Shown here: positions 43,848-53,311 of the stretch, in pieces
Layout of the letters: each line of letters opens with the position of its first letter
Position numbering within the stretch: position 1 is the first letter of the stretch
DNA from: an uncultured Planctomycetia bacterium
GTDB lineage: Bacteria; Omnitrophota; Gorgyraeia; Duberdicusellales; 4484-171
Assembly (NCBI GenBank): GCA_964605645.1
Contig: CAZSDJ010000001.1
Coordinates: 20,079 to 84,078, forward strand
DNA length: 64,000 bases
Direction of reading: 5' to 3'
Translations under genes and position numbers: made by a program
Notes under the pieces: model-generated
What the model was told of the DNA's origin: nothing
Seen by the model: the letters and a program-made list of their open reading frames with translations, nothing else
Database searches by the model: none

Positions 43848-46487
43848 ATGAAGAAAGTTTTATTTTTTCTTACCATCTTTTTTTATATCCCGATAGTCAT
43901 TGCTGCTTCCGGCGATGCGTATTTGGTGGAAATTGGTGAGCAATTTTTAAATCAAGGCCGCTTCCAAAGCGCAAAGACTGAATTTGAAAAAGCCCTTCAA
44001 GTTAACCCTTCTAATCAGGCAGCAAAAAAATACCTGAGGCAGTTACGGCAAAGAGCCATTGAGAGAACACTTAACCAGTATTCGGAAATAGCGCCAGAAT
44101 CAGAGGGTAGGGTTTATCAAGCGCCCCCCAGAGATGATCATTCTCGTTCTGATCAAAAGACAGAGGAAGAAAAAACTTCTAACTTTTCTTTAAAAGGTGA
44201 TTATCAATTGAGTTTTGGGGTTGAGTCAGGTGAAACTATCTGGAAAAGGGCAAACGCTGACTTAAATGAAGAAAATTGGCGGATACTTGATAATACCGCT
44301 TACAACCGTCGCGAAAATACTTTTGATCCGGCAATCTTTAGCCGGTTATCATTTCAGTTAGATTACCCTCAAGAACAAGGTTGGAATTTCCACAGTAATT
44401 TTGATATTAGTCCCTGGAGTTTTATTGGCAAAACTAATAAAATATCTGTTAATGGTGCTGGAGGAGATACTGCAGATGTTCAAATATTTTATTGGTCGAA
44501 TAACCGTTATACAGTCAATGATACTGTTTACACTAATCTCTTAGGAGATTCTTTTTCCTTACCAGAAATAAAAGTAGTTGATGGAAAAACACACCCAGTA
44601 ACGATTACTAGCGTTAATACAAATACTTTTACAATTTCTGAGTTAGATATTGATCGAGAATTTTGGCCATTGCGAGAATTATATTTTAATTACAATAGTG
44701 ACCCGCTCAGTTTAAAAGTATTTCCGGCTGCTTTAGAAGATGCCGATTATATCTCTGATGACCCGCTTAAAGTTACCGGTAACAGAACTTACTGGGAAGA
44801 ATCACAATGGCTTGTTAATTGGAATCCAGGACATTATAATTCTGGTGCTGCGGCTCAGGATTTTTTTAAAGGTTCTTGGGACGATGCTTTAGCTTATTTT
44901 ACGCGTGATTCTTACGGGACCCGTCTCACTGCTTTGCGCGGTTTTGCTTTTAATTACGATTTAGAAAGCATAAATATTGATTTTACGGCGGCTTCTCCTA
45001 AAGAGCTCTGGCAAGATTATGACAGTTTTAATACTTGGGAGTCAGTCTTAAGAGCAAAATATTTAAACTTAGATAATATTGTTTTAGGGTTCACCTACGG
45101 CGGAAAATTTGGGTATAACAAAAGAGCTTTAGATGTTTTTAATAATGTATTTGGCTTAGATGCAAATATTAGTTTAGGGGATAACACAGAACTTTTATTA
45201 GAGGGGCTTGCTTCTTATACCGAAGCAGACAGAACTTCCGATTATGAAACTGAAAAACGAGGGAATGCTTTTCACGTTAGTTTAGTTAATTCATCAGGAG
45301 GGGTTTTTGGTAAAAATTATTTTGGGGTGCAACCAAAAAAGAATGAATCTTTTTATAAACTGAGATTATCCCTAACTCATATGGACCAAGGTTTTGAAAG
45401 TGCCTTAGCTAGCTATCGTCAAACTAGAGACGACGAGTATTGGTCAAGGCATATTACTTTTCGTGAACCTTTTGAATCTTATCGGATGGGTGGTTTATAT
45501 GGCCCGTCATTAAGTTGGGATGATATTGAGCCTTTTCGAATTGGCGATGGCATTGATTATGGCCGCGATGTGATTAGCTTACGGGTGGAGTGGGAAAATC
45601 TTTTTGATGATCGGTTAGATGCTTTATTTGATCTGCGCAATGTTCACGATGTCAATGGTAAGTTTCTTGAAAATGTTGCTAGGCTTGAAGGCCAATTTAA
45701 ACTAACTGATAAACTTACCACAAAGTTTTTAGGTATTTACCAAAAGATGCCTAAAACTGTTGCCGGTATTGATCCTTTTATCTTTGACCCCCAAACTGGC
45801 GATTATTATAAAAACGATCAAATTGAAGATGGTAAAGACCCCTCCTTAAAGACAGTTAGCCTAGGTGCAAATTATGATTTTTTTAAGTGGTTGAATTTAA
45901 ATTTTACCTGGGAGCACTCCAATGATGTAACTTTAGCTTATGATAATTTTCCTAGAAGTATTTTGAATTCTACTTATGTGGATACTTATAATAGCAATGG
46001 TTTGACTTATCGTGAAATAGTGCCTCAAGTTTATCATAATCAGTATTTCCCTTTACCGCCTTATCCTTACTTTGATATTTTTAAAGTGGGCCTAGGATTT
46101 CGGCCTACCGATAAAATTAACCTTTACCTTGATTATACCCGTAATGAATATTACTGGGCCCAAATTATCGATGAGAATATGAATCACATTGGGCTTTCGG
46201 CCAGTTACCTTCCCACCGAAAAAATTGGAATTTATCTTAGATATGTATATTCGAAAGTAAATGATATATCTGAATTAAATGATGATGCACGTGTCGTTAA
46301 ACGCACCCACCATACGGTATTTTCTGAATTAAGGTATCGCTTAGAAGAAAGTAGCGAGTTGATTGCGCAGTATGGGGTAGGTAGTGCCGGGGGAATTTTA
46401 GAATCAACCTATACTCCTTTTGGGGGAGGGGTCCCGACCTTAGACACTCAACACATATTTCGAGTTTATTATCGAAAGAAATTTTAA
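43848..46487 (+). CDS. large outer-membrane beta-barrel protein with N-terminal TPR-like segment
   Basis: Signal peptide (MKKVLFFLTIFFYIPIVIAASG), a TPR-like helix pair (EQFLNQGRFQSAKTEFEKALQVNPSNQ), extensive alternating-hydrophobic beta strands rich in Y/N/D/G, and a C-terminal ...FRVYYRKKF ending in Phe as in OMP85-targeted barrels. Confidence 0.5.
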   Translation: MKKVLFFLTIFFYIPIVIAASGDAYLVEIGEQFLNQGRFQSAKTEFEKALQVNPSNQAAKKYLRQLRQRAIERTLNQYSEIAPESEGRVYQAPPRDDHSRSDQKTEEEKTSNFSLKGDYQLSFGVESGETIWKRANADLNEENWRILDNTAYNRRENTFDPAIFSRLSFQLDYPQEQGWNFHSNFDISPWSFIGKTNKISVNGAGGDTADVQIFYWSNNRYTVNDTVYTNLLGDSFSLPEIKVVDGKTHPVTITSVNTNTFTISELDIDREFWPLRELYFNYNSDPLSLKVFPAALEDADYISDDPLKVTGNRTYWEESQWLVNWNPGHYNSGAAAQDFFKGSWDDALAYFTRDSYGTRLTALRGFAFNYDLESINIDFTAASPKELWQDYDSFNTWESVLRAKYLNLDNIVLGFTYGGKFGYNKRALDVFNNVFGLDANISLGDNTELLLEGLASYTEADRTSDYETEKRGNAFHVSLVNSSGGVFGKNYFGVQPKKNESFYKLRLSLTHMDQGFESALASYRQTRDDEYWSRHITFREPFESYRMGGLYGPSLSWDDIEPFRIGDGIDYGRDVISLRVEWENLFDDRLDALFDLRNVHDVNGKFLENVARLEGQFKLTDKLTTKFLGIYQKMPKTVAGIDPFIFDPQTGDYYKNDQIEDGKDPSLKTVSLGANYDFFKWLNLNFTWEHSNDVTLAYDNFPRSILNSTYVDTYNSNGLTYREIVPQVYHNQYFPLPPYPYFDIFKVGLGFRPTDKINLYLDYTRNEYYWAQIIDENMNHIGLSASYLPTEKIGIYLRYVYSKVNDISELNDDARVVKRTHHTVFSELRYRLEESSELIAQYGVGSAGGILESTYTPFGGGVPTLDTQHIFRVYYRKKF

Positions 46488-46585
46488 ATTTTTATAAATT
46501 ATTATAATAAAACTCTTTACAGCCAATATTAGCAATGTTATAATTAACAAAATGAATAAAATCGTAAATAAAAAGGGGAGGATTA

Positions 46586-47743
46586 ATGGATAAAACAAAA
46601 CTTATTCCTGTAGTATTATTAGTCATTATCTTAGGGGTTGGCTTTGTTGCTTATAATTTTTACACACAGAACATGCAGCTTTCAGAAAATAACCAAGAAT
46701 TAAAACAAATCAATAGTTCTTTGCAAGAGGAAAACAATACTTTGCAGGAGCGCTATCAGAGAACTAATCAAGAAAATAGGCAGCTCAACCAGAGATTGAG
46801 CACCATCAATCAACAGCTTTCTCAAATCGAACAAGAAAGAAATAATTTAAAAGAGCAATATCAGCAAGCCGCACAAGAAAGGGATATGTTAGCGGAAAAG
46901 CTGCAGCAACAGCTGCAGAGTGGGCAAATTAGAAGCGTCTCCGCTCCTTCCGGCCAAGATGATGATTATTGGGCTGATTTTGTTCAGAAAAAAGCAGAGT
47001 TGGAAGCTAGGCTGGATAATCTTAAGAGTGAAATCCTTGATACTCAAAGTCAAGTTGCAGAGTTAAAACAAGAAAATAAAAAATTAAGTTTAAAAACAGA
47101 TCAAGTTGAAAAAGAAAAAGAAAGATTGGAACAGGAAATTAAAACTAAACAAAGAGCTTTAAGGGTTATGAGTATGGACTTGGTAGCTGAGCGTGAGGAC
47201 AGAGGCCAAGCAGTTAGCGAAGTTAAAAAATTAAGAAATGAAAATACCAGCCTAAAGAGGGAATTAATAGTTGCGAACAAGCAAAAAGGCAGTTTACAAG
47301 ATAAGTTGCGGGAAACTTTAGAAAAGAAAAATAAGCTTGAAGATAATTTAGCCGATGCGGAAAATATTTTGCGAGAAAAATCGCTAGCTTTTCGTGAATT
47401 ACAAACTGATTTAACTCAAACTATAAAAGAGGGTAGGAAAGCAGTTGCCGGTGAGTCGAGTTCAGTTGAATTGCCGCCGATTGTAGTTAAACCGGAGTCA
47501 CCAGGGCTTGTTGGCTTAAGAGGCGAGATTATTGCCGTTAATCCGCAAGAAAAATTTGTCGTTTTAGATTTAGGCGAATCATCCGGGATCAATCCTGGTG
47601 TATTGATGAAAGTGATGAGGGGCGAACGGGAAATTGCTACCTTGGAAGTTATTGAAACCAGGCAGAATATATCAGCAGCCGACATCAAAGAATCCTTAGG
47701 CGGATTTGAGATCAAAGAAGGCGATATTGTAATTAGTAGATAA
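46586..47743 (+). CDS. membrane-anchored coiled-coil protein
   Basis: One N-terminal TM (LIPVVLLVIILGVGFVAY) is followed by ~250 aa of heptad-rich Q/E/L/N sequence and a C-terminal beta-rich domain (GEIIAVNPQEKFVVLDLG). 385 aa. Confidence 0.5.
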   Translation: MDKTKLIPVVLLVIILGVGFVAYNFYTQNMQLSENNQELKQINSSLQEENNTLQERYQRTNQENRQLNQRLSTINQQLSQIEQERNNLKEQYQQAAQERDMLAEKLQQQLQSGQIRSVSAPSGQDDDYWADFVQKKAELEARLDNLKSEILDTQSQVAELKQENKKLSLKTDQVEKEKERLEQEIKTKQRALRVMSMDLVAEREDRGQAVSEVKKLRNENTSLKRELIVANKQKGSLQDKLRETLEKKNKLEDNLADAENILREKSLAFRELQTDLTQTIKEGRKAVAGESSSVELPPIVVKPESPGLVGLRGEIIAVNPQEKFVVLDLGESSGINPGVLMKVMRGEREIATLEVIETRQNISAADIKESLGGFEIKEGDIVISR

Positions 47744-47749
47744 ATTTCT

Positions 47750-48748
47750 GTGTCTCCATCCAAAATTACCATTAAAGAAGTCGCAAAAAGGGCAGGGGTA
47801 TCTATTGCCACTGTTTCTCGTTACATTAATAAATCCCTCCATTTACGGGAAAAAAACCGCCGCAAAATTGAAAAAGCTGTTGAAGAATTAGATTACCATC
47901 CCTTGGTTTACGCTCGCCGCCTAGCCGGAGGAAAATTAAATACTTTTGGCTTGGTGATCCCCGGTTACGAAGGGATATTCTATTCTTTTTATGCTTTAAA
48001 AATTATCCGAGAAGTTGCTGCGGCCCTAGATGAGGAAGAGATTGATATGCATTTGAATATCTATCGCAATAAAGATAACTTTAATTCTTCTTTGGTTGAT
48101 GGGGTGATAATGGCCGACATTATCGCCAATAAAGAGCAATTGTTAAGATTAAAAAAAGAAGAAACACCTGTTATTGTAATAAATAAAGAACTTTCTGATC
48201 AAGATGTGAGTTTTGTAGCTGTCGATAATCACAAAGGAGCATATGAAGCGACTGAATTTTTAATTAATCATGGCCATCAAAAGATAGTTCATTTAGCCGG
48301 TGACACTGAAGTTCAATGTGCGCGCCAAAGGATAGAAGGATTTAAAGCTGCTTTAGGAAAACACGGGATTAAAGAAACTGAAAATTCCATTTGTAAAACA
48401 AATTTTTCCCGGGCAAAAGCCAGAGAAGAATTAGAGAGGTTATTTTCTTGCCAAAATTTTCCCACAGCCATTTTTTGCTGCAGTGATGAGGTTGCTCATG
48501 AGGCATTGAGTTTTGCTGATGAAAATTCAATAGCTGTACCGAAGAAATTAAGTGTAATTGGTTTCGATGATAATCCGAATTTTTCATATGGCAATTTAAT
48601 GCTTACTACTGTGCGCCAGCCGATAGATAAAATGGCGCAGGAAGCTGTTAAAATACTGAAGCAAACTGTTGATAAAAAAATTACTCCCCAAAAATTGGTC
48701 CTTGAACCTAAACTTATTATTAGAGATACTGTAGATTTTCTCAAATAA
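47750..48748 (+). CDS. LacI-family transcriptional regulator
   Basis: N-terminal HTH ITIKEVAKRAGVSIATVSRYINKS, then a periplasmic-binding-protein-like sugar-binding core. 332 aa. Confidence 0.85.
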   Translation: MSPSKITIKEVAKRAGVSIATVSRYINKSLHLREKNRRKIEKAVEELDYHPLVYARRLAGGKLNTFGLVIPGYEGIFYSFYALKIIREVAAALDEEEIDMHLNIYRNKDNFNSSLVDGVIMADIIANKEQLLRLKKEETPVIVINKELSDQDVSFVAVDNHKGAYEATEFLINHGHQKIVHLAGDTEVQCARQRIEGFKAALGKHGIKETENSICKTNFSRAKAREELERLFSCQNFPTAIFCCSDEVAHEALSFADENSIAVPKKLSVIGFDDNPNFSYGNLMLTTVRQPIDKMAQEAVKILKQTVDKKITPQKLVLEPKLIIRDTVDFLK

Positions 48749-48823
48749 TAAAGGTTGCTCAAGTTAAATTTTCCTACATATAGTGCTCTTTAACTGGAAT
48801 ATATACAATATTTAGTATTTTTC

Positions 48824-48852
48824 TTGACATTAATCTATTTTTGTGATATAAA
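48824..48852 (+). promoter_or_regulatory. putative nrdJ promoter TTGACA-17-TATAAA
   Basis: TTGACA lies at 48824-48829, the spacer is 17 nt and TATAAA is at 48847-48852. It sits about 90 nt upstream of the RBS GGGAGG (48934-48939). Confidence 0.45.
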
Positions 48853-48944
48853 TTTTTTGTTGTTTTTATCCAATCAGCAAAAGAAATCTTTTAGTTCATC
48901 AAAAAATATTTTTTTAAAATAAGTAAAAATTGCGGGAGGTAGTT

Positions 48945-51900
48945 ATGGAGGAGAAGTTAGATTTTTCTAAAAATGCCATTGTTGTTTTGAAAAGAAGGTA
49001 TTTAAGGAAAGATAATCAAGGTGAAATAATTGAGAATCCTCAGCAAATGTTGGAACGTGTTGCAAAAGCTATTGCGACAGTTGAAAAAAAATATGGAGCT
49101 AGCCCGGCAGAAATTAAAAAATTAGAAAATGTTTTTTTCAAAGTAATGGAAAATTTAGAATTTATGCCCAATTCACCTACTCTGATGAATGCCGGAAAAG
49201 AGTTAGGCCAGTTAGCAGCTTGTTTTGTAGTTCCGGTAGAAGATTCAATGGAATCAATTTTTGATGCAATAAAGTCAACTGCTCTGATTCATAAAACAGG
49301 CGGCGGGACCGGTTTTAGTTTTTCTCGCCTTCGCCCGCAAAGCAGTGTGGTAAAAACTACCGGCGGAGTTGCTTCAGGCCCGGTTTCTTTTATGAAGGTT
49401 TTTGATGCTGCAACTCAGGCTGTGAAACAAGGCGGTACCAGGCGCGGCGCAAACATGGGGATTTTACGGATAGATCATCCGGATATTTTAAAATTTATTG
49501 AGTGTAAAACTAAAGATGGTGATATATCAAATTTTAATATTTCAGTTGCTATTACTGATCAATTTATCGAAAAAGTTTTAAGTAATCAAAAATATGATTT
49601 GATAAATCCAAAAAATAAAAACGTTGTAGGGAGTCTTGATGCGGTAGAGGTTTTTAATCGAATTGCAAAATGTGCATATAACAACGGAGAACCGGGGATA
49701 GTTTTTATTGATAAAATAAATAAAGATAATCCCACCCCTAATCTTGGTGATGTAGAGAGCACAAATCCATGTGTAAGTGGAGACGCTCTTGTATCTACAG
49801 AGAGAGGGCTTATGCGAATGTCTGAGCTTGTTGCCAGTTACCCGGAAGGGGGTTTAAAGATTCTAGTTGATGAATCGGTATTGGAGTTAGGCGGTTGCGG
49901 TTTGAATTTAGCTGTTGCAGCTAAGAGAAAATGTTCATTGCAGAAAATATCAAAAGCTTTCAGAACCGGTTTAAAAGAATGTTATAAGGTAGTGACAGAG
50001 TCTGGTTACGAGGTGGTTGCTACAGCTGACCATGGGCTTTTAACCGAAGATGGGTATAAAGATGTAAACGATTTAGAGATAGGTAAGGATAAAGTTTATA
50101 TCCAGCCCCAAGAAGGATTATTTAATAAAGATTACAGGTTGCCATTTCTGCCGGAAAAAGAATTTAGAGGGGGTAACGGTGTACAATATAACTTTAACTT
50201 TCCCACAAAGTGGAGTAAGGAGTTAGGAGAGGTCCTAGGGTACATGCTGGGAGACGGCTGGATCATAAAGGATGGTAAAAATTGCAGGGTTGGGTTGACT
50301 TTTGGAAATGATGATCAAAAGTTACTGCCTTATTTTAAAAGAATACTTAATAGTTACTATGGAAGAAAAATAAAAGAAGTAAGAAGAAAGAGTACTGTTT
50401 GGCATCTTTCCTATCACAGTAAATATTTCGCAGCTTTTTTCGATAAGCTTGGCGTAAAAACAGTGAAGGCTGGAGACAAGAGAGTTCCGGAGAGTATTTT
50501 TAGCTCCCCTTACGAAGCTGTAACCGGTTTTCTAAGGGGACTTTTCAGTGCCGACGGTACTGTTGTTTGTTGCCGGAAGAATGTAATGAGATATGTTAGG
50601 TTGACTTCTAAATCGCTAAAGCTGCTGAAGGATACCCAGTTGCTTCTTTTGAATCTAGGGATTAAATCAAGAATATACGATAGAAGCAGGGAGCAGAGGT
50701 TTGGGTTTAGATATGTAAATAGACAAGGCAAGCAAAAGCAATATTTATTAGATGGTGTATTGTATGAATTAAATATTTCTCGAACAAACCTAAAAGTATT
50801 TCTGGAGAAGGTGGGTTTTATAAACAATAAGCATCAAGAAACAGTAGATAGATTAGAGGGGTTGAATTACTATAAGGATGGATTTGAAGAAAGGGTAAAA
50901 AGTATAGAATATGTGGGTAAAAGGCAGGTCTATGATTTAACCGAACCAAAGACATACTCCTTTATTACTAATGGTTTTGTTTCCCGGGATTGCGGCGAGC
51001 AGCCTCTTTTACCTTATGAGAGTTGTAATTTAGGTTCTATAAATTTATATAAAATGATTAAAGAAACTGATCAAGGTTTTAGACTCGATTGGGAAAAGCT
51101 AAAAAATACTGTTAAAACCAGTGTGTGTTTTCTCGACAATGTTATTGATGCCAATAAATTTCCTTTACCGCAAATTGCTGAAAATACGAGAAAAACCAGA
51201 AAGATAGGCTTAGGCATTATGGGTTGGGCAACAATGTTGGGCTTTATGGAAATACCTTACGACAGCAAAGAAGCAATCAGCTTAGCTAAGGACGTAATGG
51301 GTTTTATCCAAAAAGAAGCTCAAAAGGTTTCAATTGAGTTAGCTGCTAAAAAAGGAGAGTTTCCTACTTGGCAAGGCAGTAATTGGGGGAAGAAGGGGAT
51401 AAAGATTCGCAATGCCACCTTAACTACAATCGCCCCAACCGGTACAATTAGTATTATTAGCGGGCCTACTTCTTCGGGGATAGAACCAAATTTCTTTTTA
51501 TCTTATTTTCGCAATGTTTTAGATGGTGAAAAATTATTAGAAGTTGATCCGGCTTTTAAGTATTATGCTAAAAAGAAAGGTTTTTACTCTAAAAAACTTA
51601 TGGAAAAAATTGCATCGGGGATAAGTATTCAAGAGATTGGTGAAGTTCCCGAACAAGCAAAACGGATATTTAAAACGGCTATGGATATTTCTTCTTTTTG
51701 GCATATAAAAATGCAAGCTGCTTTTCAAGAATTTACAGATAATGCAGTTTCTAAAACGATTAATCTTCCTGCTGCCGCTGAACTAAATGAAGTAAAAGAG
51801 TCTTATCTGTTAGCGTATAAGTTAGGCTGCAAAGGGCTTACAGTTTACCGTGACGGCAGTAGAAGCGGCCAAGTTTTAACTATTGACAACAAAAAAGAAA

Positions 51901-52448
51901 AAGTTAAAGAACAAGTTGAAGCCGAGACAGGTTCTGTGCCTTATCCGAAACCAAGGCCGGAAGTTATCTTAGGTACAACTACAAAAGTTACTACCGGCTG
52001 TGGTAATTTATATATCACTTTAAATCAAGATGAAAATGGCAACTTTTTTGAAGTTTTTACCCAAATGGGTAAAGCCGGTGGTTGTGCGGCTTCTCAACTT
52101 GAAGCTGTAGGGAGATTAGTTTCTTTAGCTTTGCGCGGAGGGATAGATATTAAAGTGATAGTTGAGCAATTAAAAGGGATTAGGTGCCCTTCTCCTTCTT
52201 GGGATAAAGGTAAAAAAATATTTTCTTGTTCAGATGCTATATCAAGAGTGCTTGAAAAGAGAGGTGTTGACCAAAAAGCTAAAATTAAATCTGAACCGGC
52301 ACCGGTATCTCAAGAAACAATGTCTAAAAAAGTCGCAGTAGGTAAATCTTCCCACAACGTGGTAGGTGTTTGTCCGGATTGTGGGTTTGCTTTGCGTCAT
52401 CAAGAAGGTTGCCTTCTTTGTGATGCTTGCGGATATTCGAAATGCTAA
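48945..52448 (+). CDS. nrdJ: adenosylcobalamin-dependent (class II) ribonucleotide reductase NrdJ, interrupted by an in-frame intein
   Basis: RNR N-terminal core (VLKRRYL...NPQQMLERVA, CFVVPVEDS), active-site NPC|GEQPLLPYESCNLGSINL split by a 407-aa insertion, and a C-terminal Cys-rich zinc ribbon CPDCGF...CLLCDACG. ATG 48945 with RBS is preferred over TTG 48930. Confidence 0.9.
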   Translation: MEEKLDFSKNAIVVLKRRYLRKDNQGEIIENPQQMLERVAKAIATVEKKYGASPAEIKKLENVFFKVMENLEFMPNSPTLMNAGKELGQLAACFVVPVEDSMESIFDAIKSTALIHKTGGGTGFSFSRLRPQSSVVKTTGGVASGPVSFMKVFDAATQAVKQGGTRRGANMGILRIDHPDILKFIECKTKDGDISNFNISVAITDQFIEKVLSNQKYDLINPKNKNVVGSLDAVEVFNRIAKCAYNNGEPGIVFIDKINKDNPTPNLGDVESTNPCVSGDALVSTERGLMRMSELVASYPEGGLKILVDESVLELGGCGLNLAVAAKRKCSLQKISKAFRTGLKECYKVVTESGYEVVATADHGLLTEDGYKDVNDLEIGKDKVYIQPQEGLFNKDYRLPFLPEKEFRGGNGVQYNFNFPTKWSKELGEVLGYMLGDGWIIKDGKNCRVGLTFGNDDQKLLPYFKRILNSYYGRKIKEVRRKSTVWHLSYHSKYFAAFFDKLGVKTVKAGDKRVPESIFSSPYEAVTGFLRGLFSADGTVVCCRKNVMRYVRLTSKSLKLLKDTQLLLLNLGIKSRIYDRSREQRFGFRYVNRQGKQKQYLLDGVLYELNISRTNLKVFLEKVGFINNKHQETVDRLEGLNYYKDGFEERVKSIEYVGKRQVYDLTEPKTYSFITNGFVSRDCGEQPLLPYESCNLGSINLYKMIKETDQGFRLDWEKLKNTVKTSVCFLDNVIDANKFPLPQIAENTRKTRKIGLGIMGWATMLGFMEIPYDSKEAISLAKDVMGFIQKEAQKVSIELAAKKGEFPTWQGSNWGKKGIKIRNATLTTIAPTGTISIISGPTSSGIEPNFFLSYFRNVLDGEKLLEVDPAFKYYAKKKGFYSKKLMEKIASGISIQEIGEVPEQAKRIFKTAMDISSFWHIKMQAAFQEFTDNAVSKTINLPAAAELNEVKESYLLAYKLGCKGLTVYRDGSRSGQVLTIDNKKEKVKEQVEAETGSVPYPKPRPEVILGTTTKVTTGCGNLYITLNQDENGNFFEVFTQMGKAGGCAASQLEAVGRLVSLALRGGIDIKVIVEQLKGIRCPSPSWDKGKKIFSCSDAISRVLEKRGVDQKAKIKSEPAPVSQETMSKKVAVGKSSHNVVGVCPDCGFALRHQEGCLLCDACGYSKC
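49770..50990 (+). mobile_element. intein with LAGLIDADG homing-endonuclease domain inserted at the NrdJ active-site Cys (ends ...NGFVSRD, +1 Cys)
   Basis: Block A CVSGDALV begins at the Cys codon 49770. Block B TADHGLLT. LAGLIDADG-type motifs LGYMLGDGWI and FLRGLFSADGTV. Block F VYDLTEPKTYSFITNG. Block G FVSRD followed by CGEQ. Removing it restores the class II RNR motif TNPCGEQPL. Confidence 0.8.
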
Positions 52449-52458
52449 TTCTGTAGAA

Positions 52459-52530
52459 TACCCTGTGGAATGCCGCAAAGCGGCAATTTTGCCTTTATTT
52501 AAAAATGCAGCAAAATTATTTCACAGGGTA
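52459..52530 (+). terminator. nested stem-loop downstream of nrdJ (outer TACCCTGTG/CACAGGGTA, inner GCCGC-aaa-GCGGC followed by AATTTTGCCTTTATTT)
   Basis: The outer arms are a perfect 9-bp inverted repeat at 52459-52467 / 52522-52530. The inner hairpin at 52472-52484 is followed by a T-rich stretch. Possible terminator for nrdJ before holB. Confidence 0.35.
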
Positions 52531-52540
52531 ACTTTTTAAT

Positions 52541-53311
52541 ATGAAACCAGCCAAAAAAATTATTGATTATTTTCATCTTTTAAAAATGAATAAAACAATA
52601 GCTTCTTCTTATATATTTATAGGGAATCATTCTTCCATTATTGATGATTTATTAAAATTAATAAATTGTACCGAATCAGATCAATATTGCAGTCGTTGTT
52701 GGAATTGCAGAAGAATTCAAGACCGCAAGCATCCTGACTTGCTAATTGTGGATCCGGAGGGGATTAGCATTAAGATAGATCAAATTAGAGAAGCAATTCG
52801 ATTTTTATCACGTAAAAGTTATTATGCAGCAAGGAAAAATTTAATCATAAAAGATGCTCAAAAATTAACAAAAGAAGCAGCGAATTTATTTTTAAAAACG
52901 CTGGAGGAACCTCCCAAAAATTCTTTTATTGGCCTTATTTGTAATAAGCTGGAAGATGTTTTGCCAACAATAATTTCGCGATGCCGAAAAATATATTTGC
53001 CGTATTCCAAACAAGAACCAACTAAATCAAAAAACGAAGTAAAAGAGATGTTAGAAAGTAATTATATTGGCTTTAAAAAAAGAAAAGATTTTTCTTTATT
53101 TTTAGAGACTTTGATCATATTACTACATGAACAATTAAAAATTGATTTAGGTTTTGATGTTGATCAAGAGACAGAAGGGTTATTTTTGGATACAAGCTTC
53201 GCAGAAAATATGGTAGCATTAGAAGATATGTTTAAAATTTATGAAGCTTCTGATACAATTAATATGAATTTAGCTCTAAATTTAATTAAAACGAGGTTAA
53301 AATGCAATTAG
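52541..53311 (+). CDS. holB: DNA polymerase III delta' subunit
   Basis: Degenerate P-loop (YIFIGNHSS), zinc module CSRCWNCRRI, LFLKTLEEPP and the SRC motif (TIISRC). 256 aa, in holB-ricT-metG-tatD order. Confidence 0.8.
   Translation: MKPAKKIIDYFHLLKMNKTIASSYIFIGNHSSIIDDLLKLINCTESDQYCSRCWNCRRIQDRKHPDLLIVDPEGISIKIDQIREAIRFLSRKSYYAARKNLIIKDAQKLTKEAANLFLKTLEEPPKNSFIGLICNKLEDVLPTIISRCRKIYLPYSKQEPTKSKNEVKEMLESNYIGFKKRKDFSLFLETLIILLHEQLKIDLGFDVDQETEGLFLDTSFAENMVALEDMFKIYEASDTINMNLALNLIKTRLKCN

Noticed and set aside
48930-48944. TTG 48930 as nrdJ start
   Set aside because: It sits within the Shine-Dalgarno GGGAGG. ATG 48945 is optimally spaced.
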